64,000 bases of DNA from a virus. The stretch is from positions 1 to 64,000 of IMG/VR virus record IMGVR_UViG_3300042691_037543. One strand, given 5' to 3'. The notes beneath the pieces are model-generated. The model was not told the DNA's origin. It did no database searches and saw only the letters and a list, made by a program, of their open reading frames with translations. The position numbers were made by a program, and so were the translations under genes. Every line of letters starts with the position of its first letter. Position 1 is the first letter of the stretch. This document shows, one piece after another, positions 17,936 to 27,176 of this stretch.

Positions 17936-18402
17936 GGTACGATGAATACGCGCCACGAATCGGCATAGCGCAAATGCTGGATAAGCGTTGCGCTAAGTGC
18001 GGTGCGGCGGACGCGTTGGAAATGTACCCTCTCAGCCAAAACTTGATGCCGCCGGCTTGCTGCTTGTGCTGGCTGAGCAGCATCGCACGGGTAGAATATA
18101 CCAAACAGACACCCGACCGCGTACACGGTGCTTGGTCACACACCCGTGAATCGTCTGGCTTTCTTTTCAAAGAGCCAGTGATCTACGCGAACTCGGCAAT
18201 ACCCGGCAAGATGCTGACGACGGTAGCAACACTGCGTGCGTCGTGCGTCTCGTTCGTCGAAATCCGTGTGAATCACGACAACGTGCGAGGGGAGAATGGG
18301 CGTGTGGGCTGGTTCCGCCGTACCGTCGTGTACTCACGGAGCACAAAAAACGCCTTGGCGTTCTACGATGCGCTCCAAACGTCCGAGATAATCAGCAGTT
18401 GA
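17932..18402 (+). CDS. CxxC-CxxC Zn-finger hypothetical protein
   Basis: CAKC...CCLC; GTGA overlap with upstream stop. Confidence 0.7.
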   Translation: MRYDEYAPRIGIAQMLDKRCAKCGAADALEMYPLSQNLMPPACCLCWLSSIARVEYTKQTPDRVHGAWSHTRESSGFLFKEPVIYANSAIPGKMLTTVATLRASCVSFVEIRVNHDNVRGENGRVGWFRRTVVYSRSTKNALAFYDALQTSEIISS

Positions 18403-18410
18403 GGGAAAAC

Positions 18411-18977
18411 ATGCTACAAGAATTGGTGAAGACGCTCGTAAACAACACCGCCACGCGCGACAACCCGCAGATTGTCATACTCCGCGGGCTGCCGGGGGCC
18501 GGCAAGACTGCGGTGGCCGACTACCTGCGCTCAGAGCTCCTCGCTCATGGTCGCGTTGCGTACGTCACGAGCCTTCTCAACGCGGCGGCGCGGCGTAATC
18601 GGTCGGTGCCGGGCAGAAAACTCCAGGCCGACGAGCTTTTGGAGCTCGACACATGGATGTTCGCAGACGCGGACAGTGTGATGCGTGAATCGCGTGGGTA
18701 CGCGACGCCAAACGTGCTGATCGTGGACTCGTCTTTGATCTTCAACGAAGACGTGTCGCCCTACATCATGCTCGCGCGGCTCGATGGGATGGTCCCCCAC
18801 ATCGTCGCGTGCATCGCAGACCCGTACGAGGCGTACAAGCGCTCGCGGAAGTTCTACTCCGAGGCGCAGCTCGTGCAGCTCGTGCCGAAGTTCATGGGGG
18901 AGATCATGCACCAGCCCCCCTTCTGGCCGAAGGCGTTGCACGTCTACCCGTCGAAGGAGCTCTCGCTGTGGGCGTAG
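18411..18977 (+). CDS. P-loop kinase (AAA_33/polynucleotide kinase-like)
   Basis: IVILRGLPGAGKT; LIVDSS; AYKR lid. Confidence 0.8.
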   Translation: MLQELVKTLVNNTATRDNPQIVILRGLPGAGKTAVADYLRSELLAHGRVAYVTSLLNAAARRNRSVPGRKLQADELLELDTWMFADADSVMRESRGYATPNVLIVDSSLIFNEDVSPYIMLARLDGMVPHIVACIADPYEAYKRSRKFYSEAQLVQLVPKFMGEIMHQPPFWPKALHVYPSKELSLWA

Positions 18978-19531
18978 CATACGCCGGCTACGGGGTGTGG
19001 CCGTTCAACCGCCCCGACCGCGAACCGATCGCCGTGTTTCACGGCGACAACGCCCAGGAGCTCGCACGGAACTACGCCAGCCTCGTCGGTGGGGCGCTGG
19101 TGAGCCCCGTGACCTGCATCACGTCGAACCGTAGTGACGACGTGTTGCGGAGCGTCTCCAACTACGAAGAAGTCATCGCGACCTTGGAGCGCAAGGTCGA
19201 AGACGCGGAGCACAGCCTGGAGCTAGAGCGCGCAGACCGCGAAGACACGCGTAGGCAGAATCTAGCGGCGCAGGTCACCTACACCAGACAAATTGCGGCG
19301 CTCTTGCGCGCGGTCAACGCTGTCCCTTCGCAGGGATTCTCGAACGGCCACATCGTAGACAGCGTGGCCGAGCGCACGTTCTACGACGAGAAGTACGTTC
19401 ACGAGCTGGAGGTCGCCCTGGGGCTGGAGGGATTCCCCGAAGTCGCCATCGAGCGTCTCCGCAGACGATGCATCGTCGCGGGAGGCAACTACGCAATTCG
19501 TCCGCACGATAGAAAGGTCGCGACACCGTGA
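18968..19531 (+). CDS. Hypothetical coiled-coil protein
   Basis: AAGGAG RBS before GTG18968 in track ORF 18809..19531. Confidence 0.7.
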   Translation: MGVAYAGYGVWPFNRPDREPIAVFHGDNAQELARNYASLVGGALVSPVTCITSNRSDDVLRSVSNYEEVIATLERKVEDAEHSLELERADREDTRRQNLAAQVTYTRQIAALLRAVNAVPSQGFSNGHIVDSVAERTFYDEKYVHELEVALGLEGFPEVAIERLRRRCIVAGGNYAIRPHDRKVATP

Positions 19532-20355
19532 GCAACAAGCTGCTGCCCCCGGAAAACCTGCTGCGCAACCGGCCGAAGAAGGGTACGACGAACATCAAGC
19601 GCATCGGTAAGCAGCGGTTGCGCCACGAGATGAACCTCGCGAACCTGCGCTTGATCGGCGTAGACAGGGCGCGCCCCAAGACGCGCGCCGACTGTCTGCA
19701 AGGGCCGAACGCGCAGCGCCCGTGCCCGTTCGTGTCGTGCAAGCACCACCTGTACCTCGACGTGAATCAGCGCGTGGGCTCCATCAAGCTGAATTTCAGC
19801 GACCTCGACGTAGGGATGCTGTGGGAGACATGCTCGCTCGACGTGGCCGACCGCAACGGCGCGTCGCTCGACGAGATCGCGAAGTACATGAACCTCGGGC
19901 GTGAGCGCGTCCGTCAGATCGAAGAGGCGGCGCTCGCGAAGCTGAAAGATGGTGTGGCCGCGTTGGGAATCAGCGCGAGCGATATCACGCACACGTTCAG
20001 CGCGTGGGATACCGCGACCTCGCCCGTCACCTCCGAGGTAGACGGCATCGACGACAGCGAATACAGGGCCATCTCGCGCCAAGTCATCCGAGACTCGGGC
20101 GACTTGCTCAAGGTGCCGGTGTTCATGCGCGGCGACATGGCGCTGCTGAGCAGTGAGAAGGGGCGCAAGTTCGTCTTGGCCCGTGCGACGAAGAAGCTCG
20201 ATCGGTACAAGCGGGGGCTGGCCACCGCGCAGGGGTATCTTGCGAAGTGCATCGCCAAGAACCGCAGCACGGTGATCGCGCAGCGCTCGATCCACCGATA
20301 CAAGCAGCTCATGGCCCTGACGGCGCGCCGGATCGAAGCGATCCAGAACTTGTAA
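19528..20355 (+). CDS. Sigma70 region-4 HTH protein with Cys/His N-terminal motif (myxobacterial-type)
   Basis: RPKTRADC...RPCPFVSCKHHLYLDV...ETCSLDVA..SLDEIAKYMNLGRERVRQIEEAALAKL. Confidence 0.85.
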   Translation: MSNKLLPPENLLRNRPKKGTTNIKRIGKQRLRHEMNLANLRLIGVDRARPKTRADCLQGPNAQRPCPFVSCKHHLYLDVNQRVGSIKLNFSDLDVGMLWETCSLDVADRNGASLDEIAKYMNLGRERVRQIEEAALAKLKDGVAALGISASDITHTFSAWDTATSPVTSEVDGIDDSEYRAISRQVIRDSGDLLKVPVFMRGDMALLSSEKGRKFVLARATKKLDRYKRGLATAQGYLAKCIAKNRSTVIAQRSIHRYKQLMALTARRIEAIQNL

Positions 20356-20383
20356 GAACTTCGTGTAAGAACGAGGGTGGAAA

Positions 20384-20686
20384 ATGAATCTTTTTCAAAT
20401 CGCAGACCAGATCGCAACCGGCAAGCTGGTCGAACAAGACCACGTCGCTCGTGTACTCCGAGCCGCCGCGGACCTTGCCGCGGCTCGTAAGCTGGTTGTC
20501 GCGGCAGAGAACAACGCGTTGCAGGTACGCGAAGCCATGCGTGGTGCGAACGAGCTGCACACGTTCCGCGCACCGCAGTACCGCTCTGCACAAGCCAACG
20601 TGCGCGCGGCCGACGCGCGCATGACCCACGCCAAGCTGCGCTTCGCAGAAGCGCAGGCACACTTCGACAAGATCGTAGGAGGTTAA
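20384..20686 (+). CDS. Hypothetical helical protein (100 aa)
   Basis: GAGG RBS; fits operon packing. Confidence 0.7.
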   Translation: MNLFQIADQIATGKLVEQDHVARVLRAAADLAAARKLVVAAENNALQVREAMRGANELHTFRAPQYRSAQANVRAADARMTHAKLRFAEAQAHFDKIVGG

Positions 20687-20692
20687 AAAGAA

Positions 20693-21547
20693 ATGCTGTC
20701 TATTGCTCAGTACCTCGCCGGGATCAAGCGCTGCGGAAACACGCCCAAGTCGTTCCGCAACTGGCTGGACTACGCCACGCAGGAAGACGAAAGCGACGGT
20801 GTGCCAAAGCACAAGTTCGACGCGTGCGGTGGGGGGTTTCTCAACCCGCTGTCTCAGCAGCCCAGGGCAACCATTATCTCGGTGTACAAATACTGCCGAG
20901 CAACCCGCAACGGTGGGGTGCCTGCGGCTCCGCGCAACGACAACTTCGTGATCGGGTTCAGTGCGCTGGACGTGCCCCACTGGCCGCGCGGCTTGCTCAG
21001 CAAGTGGTTCGTTGGCATGGAGTGGATTAGCCAACGCGGCTTGAAACTGCGCGGGGTAGGTGCGTCCCCGATGCTGGCGGGGATGCTCAACACCATCCCG
21101 CAGGCGATTCCCGGTGCTTGGTGGGCGGCGCGCCCGCACGGGTTCACCGTGTCCACTCCCGGCAACAACGTGGTGGAGCTGCGCCCGTACCCCGCGGGCA
21201 GCGACGTGCACTTCCTCGCGTACTACGGCGACCAGACGGCCGACGTAGCGCCGGAGGCGGACCTCGGGCAGATCATCTTCGATCTCGTCACGAAGCCGCG
21301 TACGCAGAAGCCGGTGACCACGCCGCGAGAGCCCGAGCAGCCTACGGTTGCCACGGCGTCCCCGTCGGTGGCTTACGCGCGTTTCCGAGACATGGAGCGG
21401 GAGATGGACGAGCTTCGCTTGACCGTGAAGAAGCTCACGGGCGGCGCGGAGATCGCCAAGTACGTTCTGCAACAGATCAACAACGGGTCTGCCGTACCCC
21501 CGGCGCTCGTGAACTACGCCATCGCCCGTCTCGGGGGTGGTGAGTGA
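20693..21547 (+). CDS. Hypothetical protein (284 aa)
   Basis: GGAGG RBS; long ORF coupled to the next gene. Confidence 0.75.
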   Translation: MLSIAQYLAGIKRCGNTPKSFRNWLDYATQEDESDGVPKHKFDACGGGFLNPLSQQPRATIISVYKYCRATRNGGVPAAPRNDNFVIGFSALDVPHWPRGLLSKWFVGMEWISQRGLKLRGVGASPMLAGMLNTIPQAIPGAWWAARPHGFTVSTPGNNVVELRPYPAGSDVHFLAYYGDQTADVAPEADLGQIIFDLVTKPRTQKPVTTPREPEQPTVATASPSVAYARFRDMEREMDELRLTVKKLTGGAEIAKYVLQQINNGSAVPPALVNYAIARLGGGE

Positions 21548-21981
21548 ACGGGGCAGAGCTTCTCGTGGCGCTCTTGTCGCTGTGGCGGCACATGCGGTAC
21601 CGCGAGTGCATCGAAGCGCACCGCGCTCAGATCGTCGCCGTCGCAGAGGCGGGTGAACGTGAGTACGGCGTGCCCGCCGGCTTGTCGCTGGTGACGGGCT
21701 TCTTCGAGACGCACCTGGGCTGCGCGCACGGTGAGGGCGGCAATTGGGGTGCGCCCATCGACCGCTTTCACCGGCACACCGCAGGTACGCCCATGCACGC
21801 CGTGCGTGCGATGGCTGCAAGCTACCGAGTGTGCGGCACCTGGGTTGGTGCGGTGGGTCGCTTTCGTTCGGGCTTGTGCCACCCGACGAACCCCCTGCAT
21901 CGTGTGGCGGTCACCATGCGCGTGCGAACTACACGCATCATCTACCAGCAGGCGGGCCTACCCGTCCCCGAGGGCTTGTGA
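21544..21981 (+). CDS. Putative lysozyme-like/lytic transglycosylase protein
   Basis: Hydrophobic N-terminus; AGEREYGVPAGLSLVTGFFETHLG resembles the SLT catalytic helix; WVGAVGRFRSG resembles the YN motif region. Confidence 0.5.
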   Translation: MNGAELLVALLSLWRHMRYRECIEAHRAQIVAVAEAGEREYGVPAGLSLVTGFFETHLGCAHGEGGNWGAPIDRFHRHTAGTPMHAVRAMAASYRVCGTWVGAVGRFRSGLCHPTNPLHRVAVTMRVRTTRIIYQQAGLPVPEGL

Positions 21982-24647
21982 AGCATCTCCCACTCTACCC
22001 AAACGGTACGCCCTCCCCAACGGACAACCGGGTGCCTGCACCGAGCTCGGGGCTCGGGTGTACCGCGTGCGAGCTCTCGTCGGGGGCCAAGTACGCACCT
22101 CTGGCCAACTACGTTCTCGGTCGGCGCATGAGCAGCGGAGCCGAGAAGGGCGCACCTTCCGTAGCTGTGGTGTTCGAGGCGCCGACTCGCGGTGAGGACG
22201 CAGGCGGTGACCCGTTTAGTAGCGCCACCTACCGTACGCTGGTGGAGATCATCCGTGCGTCGAGCACCCACCGTGTCGTGCCGATGTACGCCGTGCACTG
22301 CGCCCCTGGTAACGCCGAGGTAACTGCGGAGCACGTCACAGCTTGCCGAGGGCATATTCACGAGACGCTCGCCCAGGGTGCCGCCGCCGTGCATCTCATC
22401 ATCGCGGTTGGCCCTCTGGCGCACATCGCGGTGCTCGGTCGGAAAGTCGCGGCAGACCTCGTGCCAAACACGGTGAGCGTGATCGACGCGTTTTGGGCCA
22501 AGCGCGTTCCCGTCATCTGCCTGCCCGCGGCGAGCGTGCTGCGCAAAGACCCGGCACGGACGCGGTGGCGCATCGCGGACGCGATCGAAACGGCACAGAA
22601 CGTGGCTAGGTCAATCCATCACGGCCGGCTCGCGACAACCTTCGTCCAGTCGTACGAAGATCATCTACGCGTGCTCGGTGTTCTTAAAAAGGCGGACGCA
22701 CTCGTGCTCGACACGGAGACGGTCGGCCGGCTGCATACCCCGACGTTCTACGTCGAGGAGCTGTCGTTCGCTGTGAACGACAGTAACGCGGTCACCTACG
22801 GCCGCGATGTGCTGAGCGACCATCGCGTTCGTAGTGACTTGAAGGCGCTGTTGGAGAACCACGCCGTCTGCAAAGTCGGCCACAACATCAAGTACGACCT
22901 ACTCGCGCTGCGGACGTGGCTCAACGTGCACTGCTTCGGGCACCCGCTTCGCGACACGCGCCTCGACCACAAGCTGCTGCACGCAGACTCGGTGGGTGAC
23001 CTCGCGACCTGCGCAGAGATGGTCGGCTTCGGCGGCCACAAGGAAGAGGCGCGGGCGGCGATCGACGTGGTCAAGCACGACCTGAACGCGCTCGCTTCGG
23101 CGCCGAAGCGAGCTCTGACCAAGAGCGGCAAGCCGCGTAAGCCGCCCACGCTCAAGTACCTCGACGAGTCCGAGGTGGACCCCGAGCATCTCGAAGACAT
23201 CCAGCAGGGCGCCGACACCGAAGCGTACGCGCAGGCGTACATTCCGTGGCGTGTCCGTGCGCGGTACAACGCGCTCGACGCGATGAGCACCTACTGGCTC
23301 GACAAGCTCAACGCAGACCGCTTCGACATGTCCAACCGCGAGTTGTCGGAGGGGCGTATGGCGGTCGCGAACGAGATCGTGCGGCCTGCTATCTCCGCGC
23401 TGGTCGAGATGGAGGCGACGGGTATCCGTGTGGACACCGCGGCGCTAGACATCTTCACGCAGTTCTTGAAGTCCGAGATCGCCGTAGTGCAGTCTCGGCT
23501 CAACCACTACCCCGGCGTGAACTTCGCGAGTCCGAAGCAGCTCGCGGAGCTCCTCTACGACAAGCTCGGGCTGCCTGTGCTCGCAGAAACACCCTCGGGG
23601 GGCCGCGCGACCGGCGAAGAGGTGTTGCTCGAACTCGCGGAGAAGACCAAGCACCCGCTTCCCAAAGACGTGCTCGCTTTCCGCGAGCTCGAAAAGCTGC
23701 TCGGCACCTACGCCGAGGGCATGAAGAAGCACATCCGTGTGGGGCCCAACGGGCCGCGCATCCATCCGAGCACGCTGCTCGACGGGGCTGGTACCGGCAG
23801 GTTGTCCAGCCAGAACCCCAACATGCAGAACGTGCCGAGCCCCGACCGAGATACGCCTGGGCGGCCGGCGTTCGGCAAGATGGCTCGTGACATCTTCGTC
23901 GCAGACCCAGGCTGCGTACTCCTCGAAGTGGACATGAGCCAGCAAGAGCTGCGTATCGCTGGGATGCTCTCGGGCGACCCGGTGATCCTCGAATGTTATA
24001 AGAACAACGAGGATATTCACCGCGGCACGGCGGCGATTGTGTACGGCGTCCCGCTGGCCGCAGTAACGAAGGAGCAGCGGGCACGCTCGAAGACCGTGAC
24101 CTTCGGGCTGGTGTACGGCAAGACCGACCGCGGGCTCGCCAAGCAGCTCAACATCACCGTGGCGGAAGCCGCGCGCATCCGCAAAGCGGTGCTCGGGCGG
24201 TTCAAGAAACTCGCAGAGTTCTGCGAGCGGTGTCTGGCGTCGGCCCGCAGGGACGGTGGCGCGTATACATGGTGGAACGGTCACGAGCGGGCGCGGTGGC
24301 GCCCGCTGCCTGCGATCAACGACATGACCGACGAAGGCTTCGGCGCGCGCATCAACGCGGAGAACGCCGCGGTGAACACCCCGGTCCAGGGGCTCGCCGC
24401 GGACATCGTCACCGCCAGCTTGTTTCCGATCGTTGCCCGCTTCCGCAAGGACAACCTCGACGCGCAGCTGGTGAACACCGTGCATGACTCGGTGATGGTC
24501 AACGTGCGCGAAGACCAGCTACCGCTCGCCGCCAAGATCATGCGCGAAGTGATGCTCGGGCACAACACGAACGGGTTTCCGCTGGGCGTTGACATGAAGG
24601 TGGGCAAGAGCTGGGGCAGCATGACCGAGTACCACCTACCGGGGTGA
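21978..24647 (+). CDS. polA: Family A DNA polymerase with N-terminal UDG-like domain and 3'-5' exonuclease
   Basis: Exo DTET, HNIKYD, YNALD; TGRLSSQNPNMQN; motif A DMSQQELR; motif B KTVTFGLVYG; motif C VHDS; N-terminal CTAC..EAP..C..C. Confidence 0.95.
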   Translation: MKHLPLYPNGTPSPTDNRVPAPSSGLGCTACELSSGAKYAPLANYVLGRRMSSGAEKGAPSVAVVFEAPTRGEDAGGDPFSSATYRTLVEIIRASSTHRVVPMYAVHCAPGNAEVTAEHVTACRGHIHETLAQGAAAVHLIIAVGPLAHIAVLGRKVAADLVPNTVSVIDAFWAKRVPVICLPAASVLRKDPARTRWRIADAIETAQNVARSIHHGRLATTFVQSYEDHLRVLGVLKKADALVLDTETVGRLHTPTFYVEELSFAVNDSNAVTYGRDVLSDHRVRSDLKALLENHAVCKVGHNIKYDLLALRTWLNVHCFGHPLRDTRLDHKLLHADSVGDLATCAEMVGFGGHKEEARAAIDVVKHDLNALASAPKRALTKSGKPRKPPTLKYLDESEVDPEHLEDIQQGADTEAYAQAYIPWRVRARYNALDAMSTYWLDKLNADRFDMSNRELSEGRMAVANEIVRPAISALVEMEATGIRVDTAALDIFTQFLKSEIAVVQSRLNHYPGVNFASPKQLAELLYDKLGLPVLAETPSGGRATGEEVLLELAEKTKHPLPKDVLAFRELEKLLGTYAEGMKKHIRVGPNGPRIHPSTLLDGAGTGRLSSQNPNMQNVPSPDRDTPGRPAFGKMARDIFVADPGCVLLEVDMSQQELRIAGMLSGDPVILECYKNNEDIHRGTAAIVYGVPLAAVTKEQRARSKTVTFGLVYGKTDRGLAKQLNITVAEAARIRKAVLGRFKKLAEFCERCLASARRDGGAYTWWNGHERARWRPLPAINDMTDEGFGARINAENAAVNTPVQGLAADIVTASLFPIVARFRKDNLDAQLVNTVHDSVMVNVREDQLPLAAKIMREVMLGHNTNGFPLGVDMKVGKSWGSMTEYHLPG

Positions 24648-24684
24648 AACCTTTTCAACGCGCCGCACAAGACACGAAACGCCT

Positions 24685-25131
24685 GTGAAGAAACCGCAGC
24701 ACAGCATCAACCCCGACCAGATCGACCTGGAGTTCATGCGGCTCCCTGGCGACTTGGCCTACTTCGGGCAAATCTTCGCAGAGGCGTGCGAAGCGCTCAA
24801 CGAGCTGGAGCTGAAACTGGAGGTGTACGAGGCTCGTACGAGCCTGACCATTCGTGAAGCAAGAAGCATGATGGGTGAACGTGTGACGAACGACACGGTT
24901 GCCGCTAGAATGCGTGGCAGCGCGGAGTGGCAAGCGCTGCGCGAAAAGGTCATCGAAGCGGAGGCCGACAAGCTCCGCGCGAAGATTGACCTCGACGCGG
25001 TCATCGCGAAGAAAGACATGCTCATCAGCCTGGGCGCGTACATGCGGGCCCAGGCAAACGGCGACCCGGCCATTCGGCTGCCGAGCGGCAAGCCGAGGCA
25101 GACTGACAAACACAACTGGAGTGGTGAGTGA
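24685..25131 (+). CDS. UvsY-like helical recombination mediator
   Basis: Helical 148 aa with AKKDMLISLGAYMR C-terminus; sits before SSB and RecA. Confidence 0.55.
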   Translation: MKKPQHSINPDQIDLEFMRLPGDLAYFGQIFAEACEALNELELKLEVYEARTSLTIREARSMMGERVTNDTVAARMRGSAEWQALREKVIEAEADKLRAKIDLDAVIAKKDMLISLGAYMRAQANGDPAIRLPSGKPRQTDKHNWSGE

Positions 25132-25889
25132 ACATGACGAACGCACTGGACGGGCTTTTCTCGGACTACGACGACGCGAGCGCTGCCAAGGACGTAGAGC
25201 TGGCGAAGAAGCCCTCGCAGTTCATCAGCAAGCTGCCGGTGGGCAAGACCGTGATGCGGTTCCTCCCGCCCGCGCCTGGGAAGAAGAGCCCGTTTCGGGT
25301 CTACTACCAGCACTTCGTGAAGGGCATCCCCGGCGTCGCGGACTGCGTGTTCGTGTGCCCGCGCATGGAGATGAAGCGGCCCTGCCCGCTCTGCACGCTC
25401 AAGGCGCGGTGGGAGGCGAGCGACGACTCGACCAAGATCAACGCGGCGAAGGACTTGGAGCCGCGCTCCACCACGTCGGCTCTCGTGATCGTGCGCGGCG
25501 AAGAGGAGCAGGGCGTGCGGGTGTTCCGCATGAGCTACTCCGTGCACCAAGCCCTGCTGGAGATTCGCAACGAGCTGGACATGAATTTCAGCCACCCGAT
25601 CGACGGGTGCGACATCGTCATCTCGCGCAAGGGCACGGGGCCCACCGACACCCGCTACCGCGTGATCCCCGACCCGAGGGGCAAGTCGCCGCTCGCGTCG
25701 AGCGAAGCCGAGATGGCTGAGCTGCTGGGTTCGATGCCCAACCTCGACAGCTTCGTCAAGGTTCACGACGCGCCCACCATCGAGGGGATGCTCCGCGGTG
25801 AGAAGCCGCAGAACCGCCAGCTCGGCGGCGGGGGTGGCGCGCAGCAGCTCCCCGGCAAGCGCGCCTCGTCGTACTTGAACGACGAGTGA
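25128..25889 (+). CDS. gp32-like single-stranded DNA-binding protein
   Basis: MRFLPP, H...CP...CPLC Zn site, GCDIVISRKGTG..TRY. Confidence 0.85.
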   Translation: MNMTNALDGLFSDYDDASAAKDVELAKKPSQFISKLPVGKTVMRFLPPAPGKKSPFRVYYQHFVKGIPGVADCVFVCPRMEMKRPCPLCTLKARWEASDDSTKINAAKDLEPRSTTSALVIVRGEEEQGVRVFRMSYSVHQALLEIRNELDMNFSHPIDGCDIVISRKGTGPTDTRYRVIPDPRGKSPLASSEAEMAELLGSMPNLDSFVKVHDAPTIEGMLRGEKPQNRQLGGGGGAQQLPGKRASSYLNDE

Positions 25890-25896
25890 CCCATCA

Positions 25897-26021
25897 GACA
25901 CGGTCGCCTGCGGCCGTGTCTCCCGTAACGGTGTGCGGTCACCTGTACGCGCTTCCGCAAGCAGCGTGTACGGTGCGGGTTCGACTCCCGCGGCCGGTCC
26001 CACAGGGCGCCGCAAGGCGCT
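25897..26021 (+). ncRNA. tRNA-like structured element
   Basis: T-arm GCGGG-TTCGACT-CCCGC followed by 8 nt and CCA; no complete cloverleaf. Confidence 0.4.
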
Positions 26022-26041
26022 CTCTTCGTTTAGAGGTACCC

Positions 26042-27025
26042 ATGTCGGACGCAAACGCGCGCCTGCTGAAAGTGCAGAAGGCGCTCGCCAAGAAATTCGG
26101 TCAAGAGAGCGTATCGGTGGCGTCGCAAACCACCACGCGCTCGAAGATTACCACGGTGCTCCCCACGGGGCTGCCCGTACTGGACGAGTACGTCATCGGA
26201 TGCGGTGGCCTGCCGACACGACGCATCAGCGAAATCTACGGCGGCGAGGGCGACGGCAAGACTTCCTTCGCGTACGCGGTTGCCGCGAGCGCACAACGGG
26301 CCGGCGCAGTCGTCGGGTGGTGCGACAGCGAGCACGCGTTCGACAGCGCCCGCGCCAAGTCGTTCGGCGTGGACGAGAGCGCGATGCTGCTCATGGACCC
26401 GTACACTTTCGAGGAAGCGATCAACCAGCAGCTCGAATTCCTGCGGGCACTCGAAGACAACGGGGCCCCCGTGCTGCTCGTGTGGGACTCGCTCTCGGGG
26501 TCGCCTACGGCGTCGGCTCTCGACGGGCAAGCGGGCGACAAGGTGGTTGCCGACCGAGCCAGAATGCTCTCCCAAGGAGTGCCGGCGGCTCTGAGCCTGT
26601 GTGTGAAAAAGAACGCACACTGGATGGTGATTAACCAGCTGCGCGAAAAGATCGGCGTGATGTACGGCGACAACACCACCACGCCGGGTGGGCGCACGCT
26701 CAAGTATTTCGCGTCGATCCGACTGCGCCTGTACGGCGGAAAAGCCATCAAGGCCGGCGAGTCCGACAACGCCATCGGCAAGATGGTCACCATCTCGGGC
26801 GTGAAGTCGCGGTGGGCCCCCGCCTACCGCAAGACACGCGTGCGGTGGCTGTTCAAAAAGGGCTACGACCTCGATTGGTCGTTGGTCGATCACTTCAAGG
26901 CGCAAGGGCTGGTGAATGGGCGCGATAAGAACGCTCTGGAGAAGGCTCGTGGGTTTGCTGACCAAGAACGATGGGAAGGCGACGATGATGCTCAGAGCGC
27001 AGGTTCAGACGACGACGAAGACTGA
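26042..27025 (+). CDS. recA: RecA/UvsX recombinase
   Basis: GGLP..RISEIYGGEGDGKT, DSEHAFD, VWDS, INQLREKIGVMYG..TTPGGRTLKYFASIRL. Confidence 0.95.
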   Translation: MSDANARLLKVQKALAKKFGQESVSVASQTTTRSKITTVLPTGLPVLDEYVIGCGGLPTRRISEIYGGEGDGKTSFAYAVAASAQRAGAVVGWCDSEHAFDSARAKSFGVDESAMLLMDPYTFEEAINQQLEFLRALEDNGAPVLLVWDSLSGSPTASALDGQAGDKVVADRARMLSQGVPAALSLCVKKNAHWMVINQLREKIGVMYGDNTTTPGGRTLKYFASIRLRLYGGKAIKAGESDNAIGKMVTISGVKSRWAPAYRKTRVRWLFKKGYDLDWSLVDHFKAQGLVNGRDKNALEKARGFADQERWEGDDDAQSAGSDDDED

Positions 27026-27176
27026 CCAACACCGGCACTACGCGCTGCTCAAGACGCGCGACGGCAACCTGCTGATCTACAGCGGGTGCACCGACACCAT
27101 GACGTACGAGCTGCTCGGAGCCACGCCCATGCCGGCGAAGTGCGTGCTCTTGCCCCCGGTGGAGACGCTCCAGTGA
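26985..27176 (+). CDS. Small hypothetical protein (63 aa)
   Basis: Fills the gap between recA and the nuclease; GTGA overlap downstream. Confidence 0.45.
   Translation: MMLRAQVQTTTKTDQHRHYALLKTRDGNLLIYSGCTDTMTYELLGATPMPAKCVLLPPVETLQ

Noticed and set aside
25897-26003. Functional tRNA gene
   Set aside because: T-arm and CCA are present but no 7-bp acceptor stem or anticodon arm could be built.
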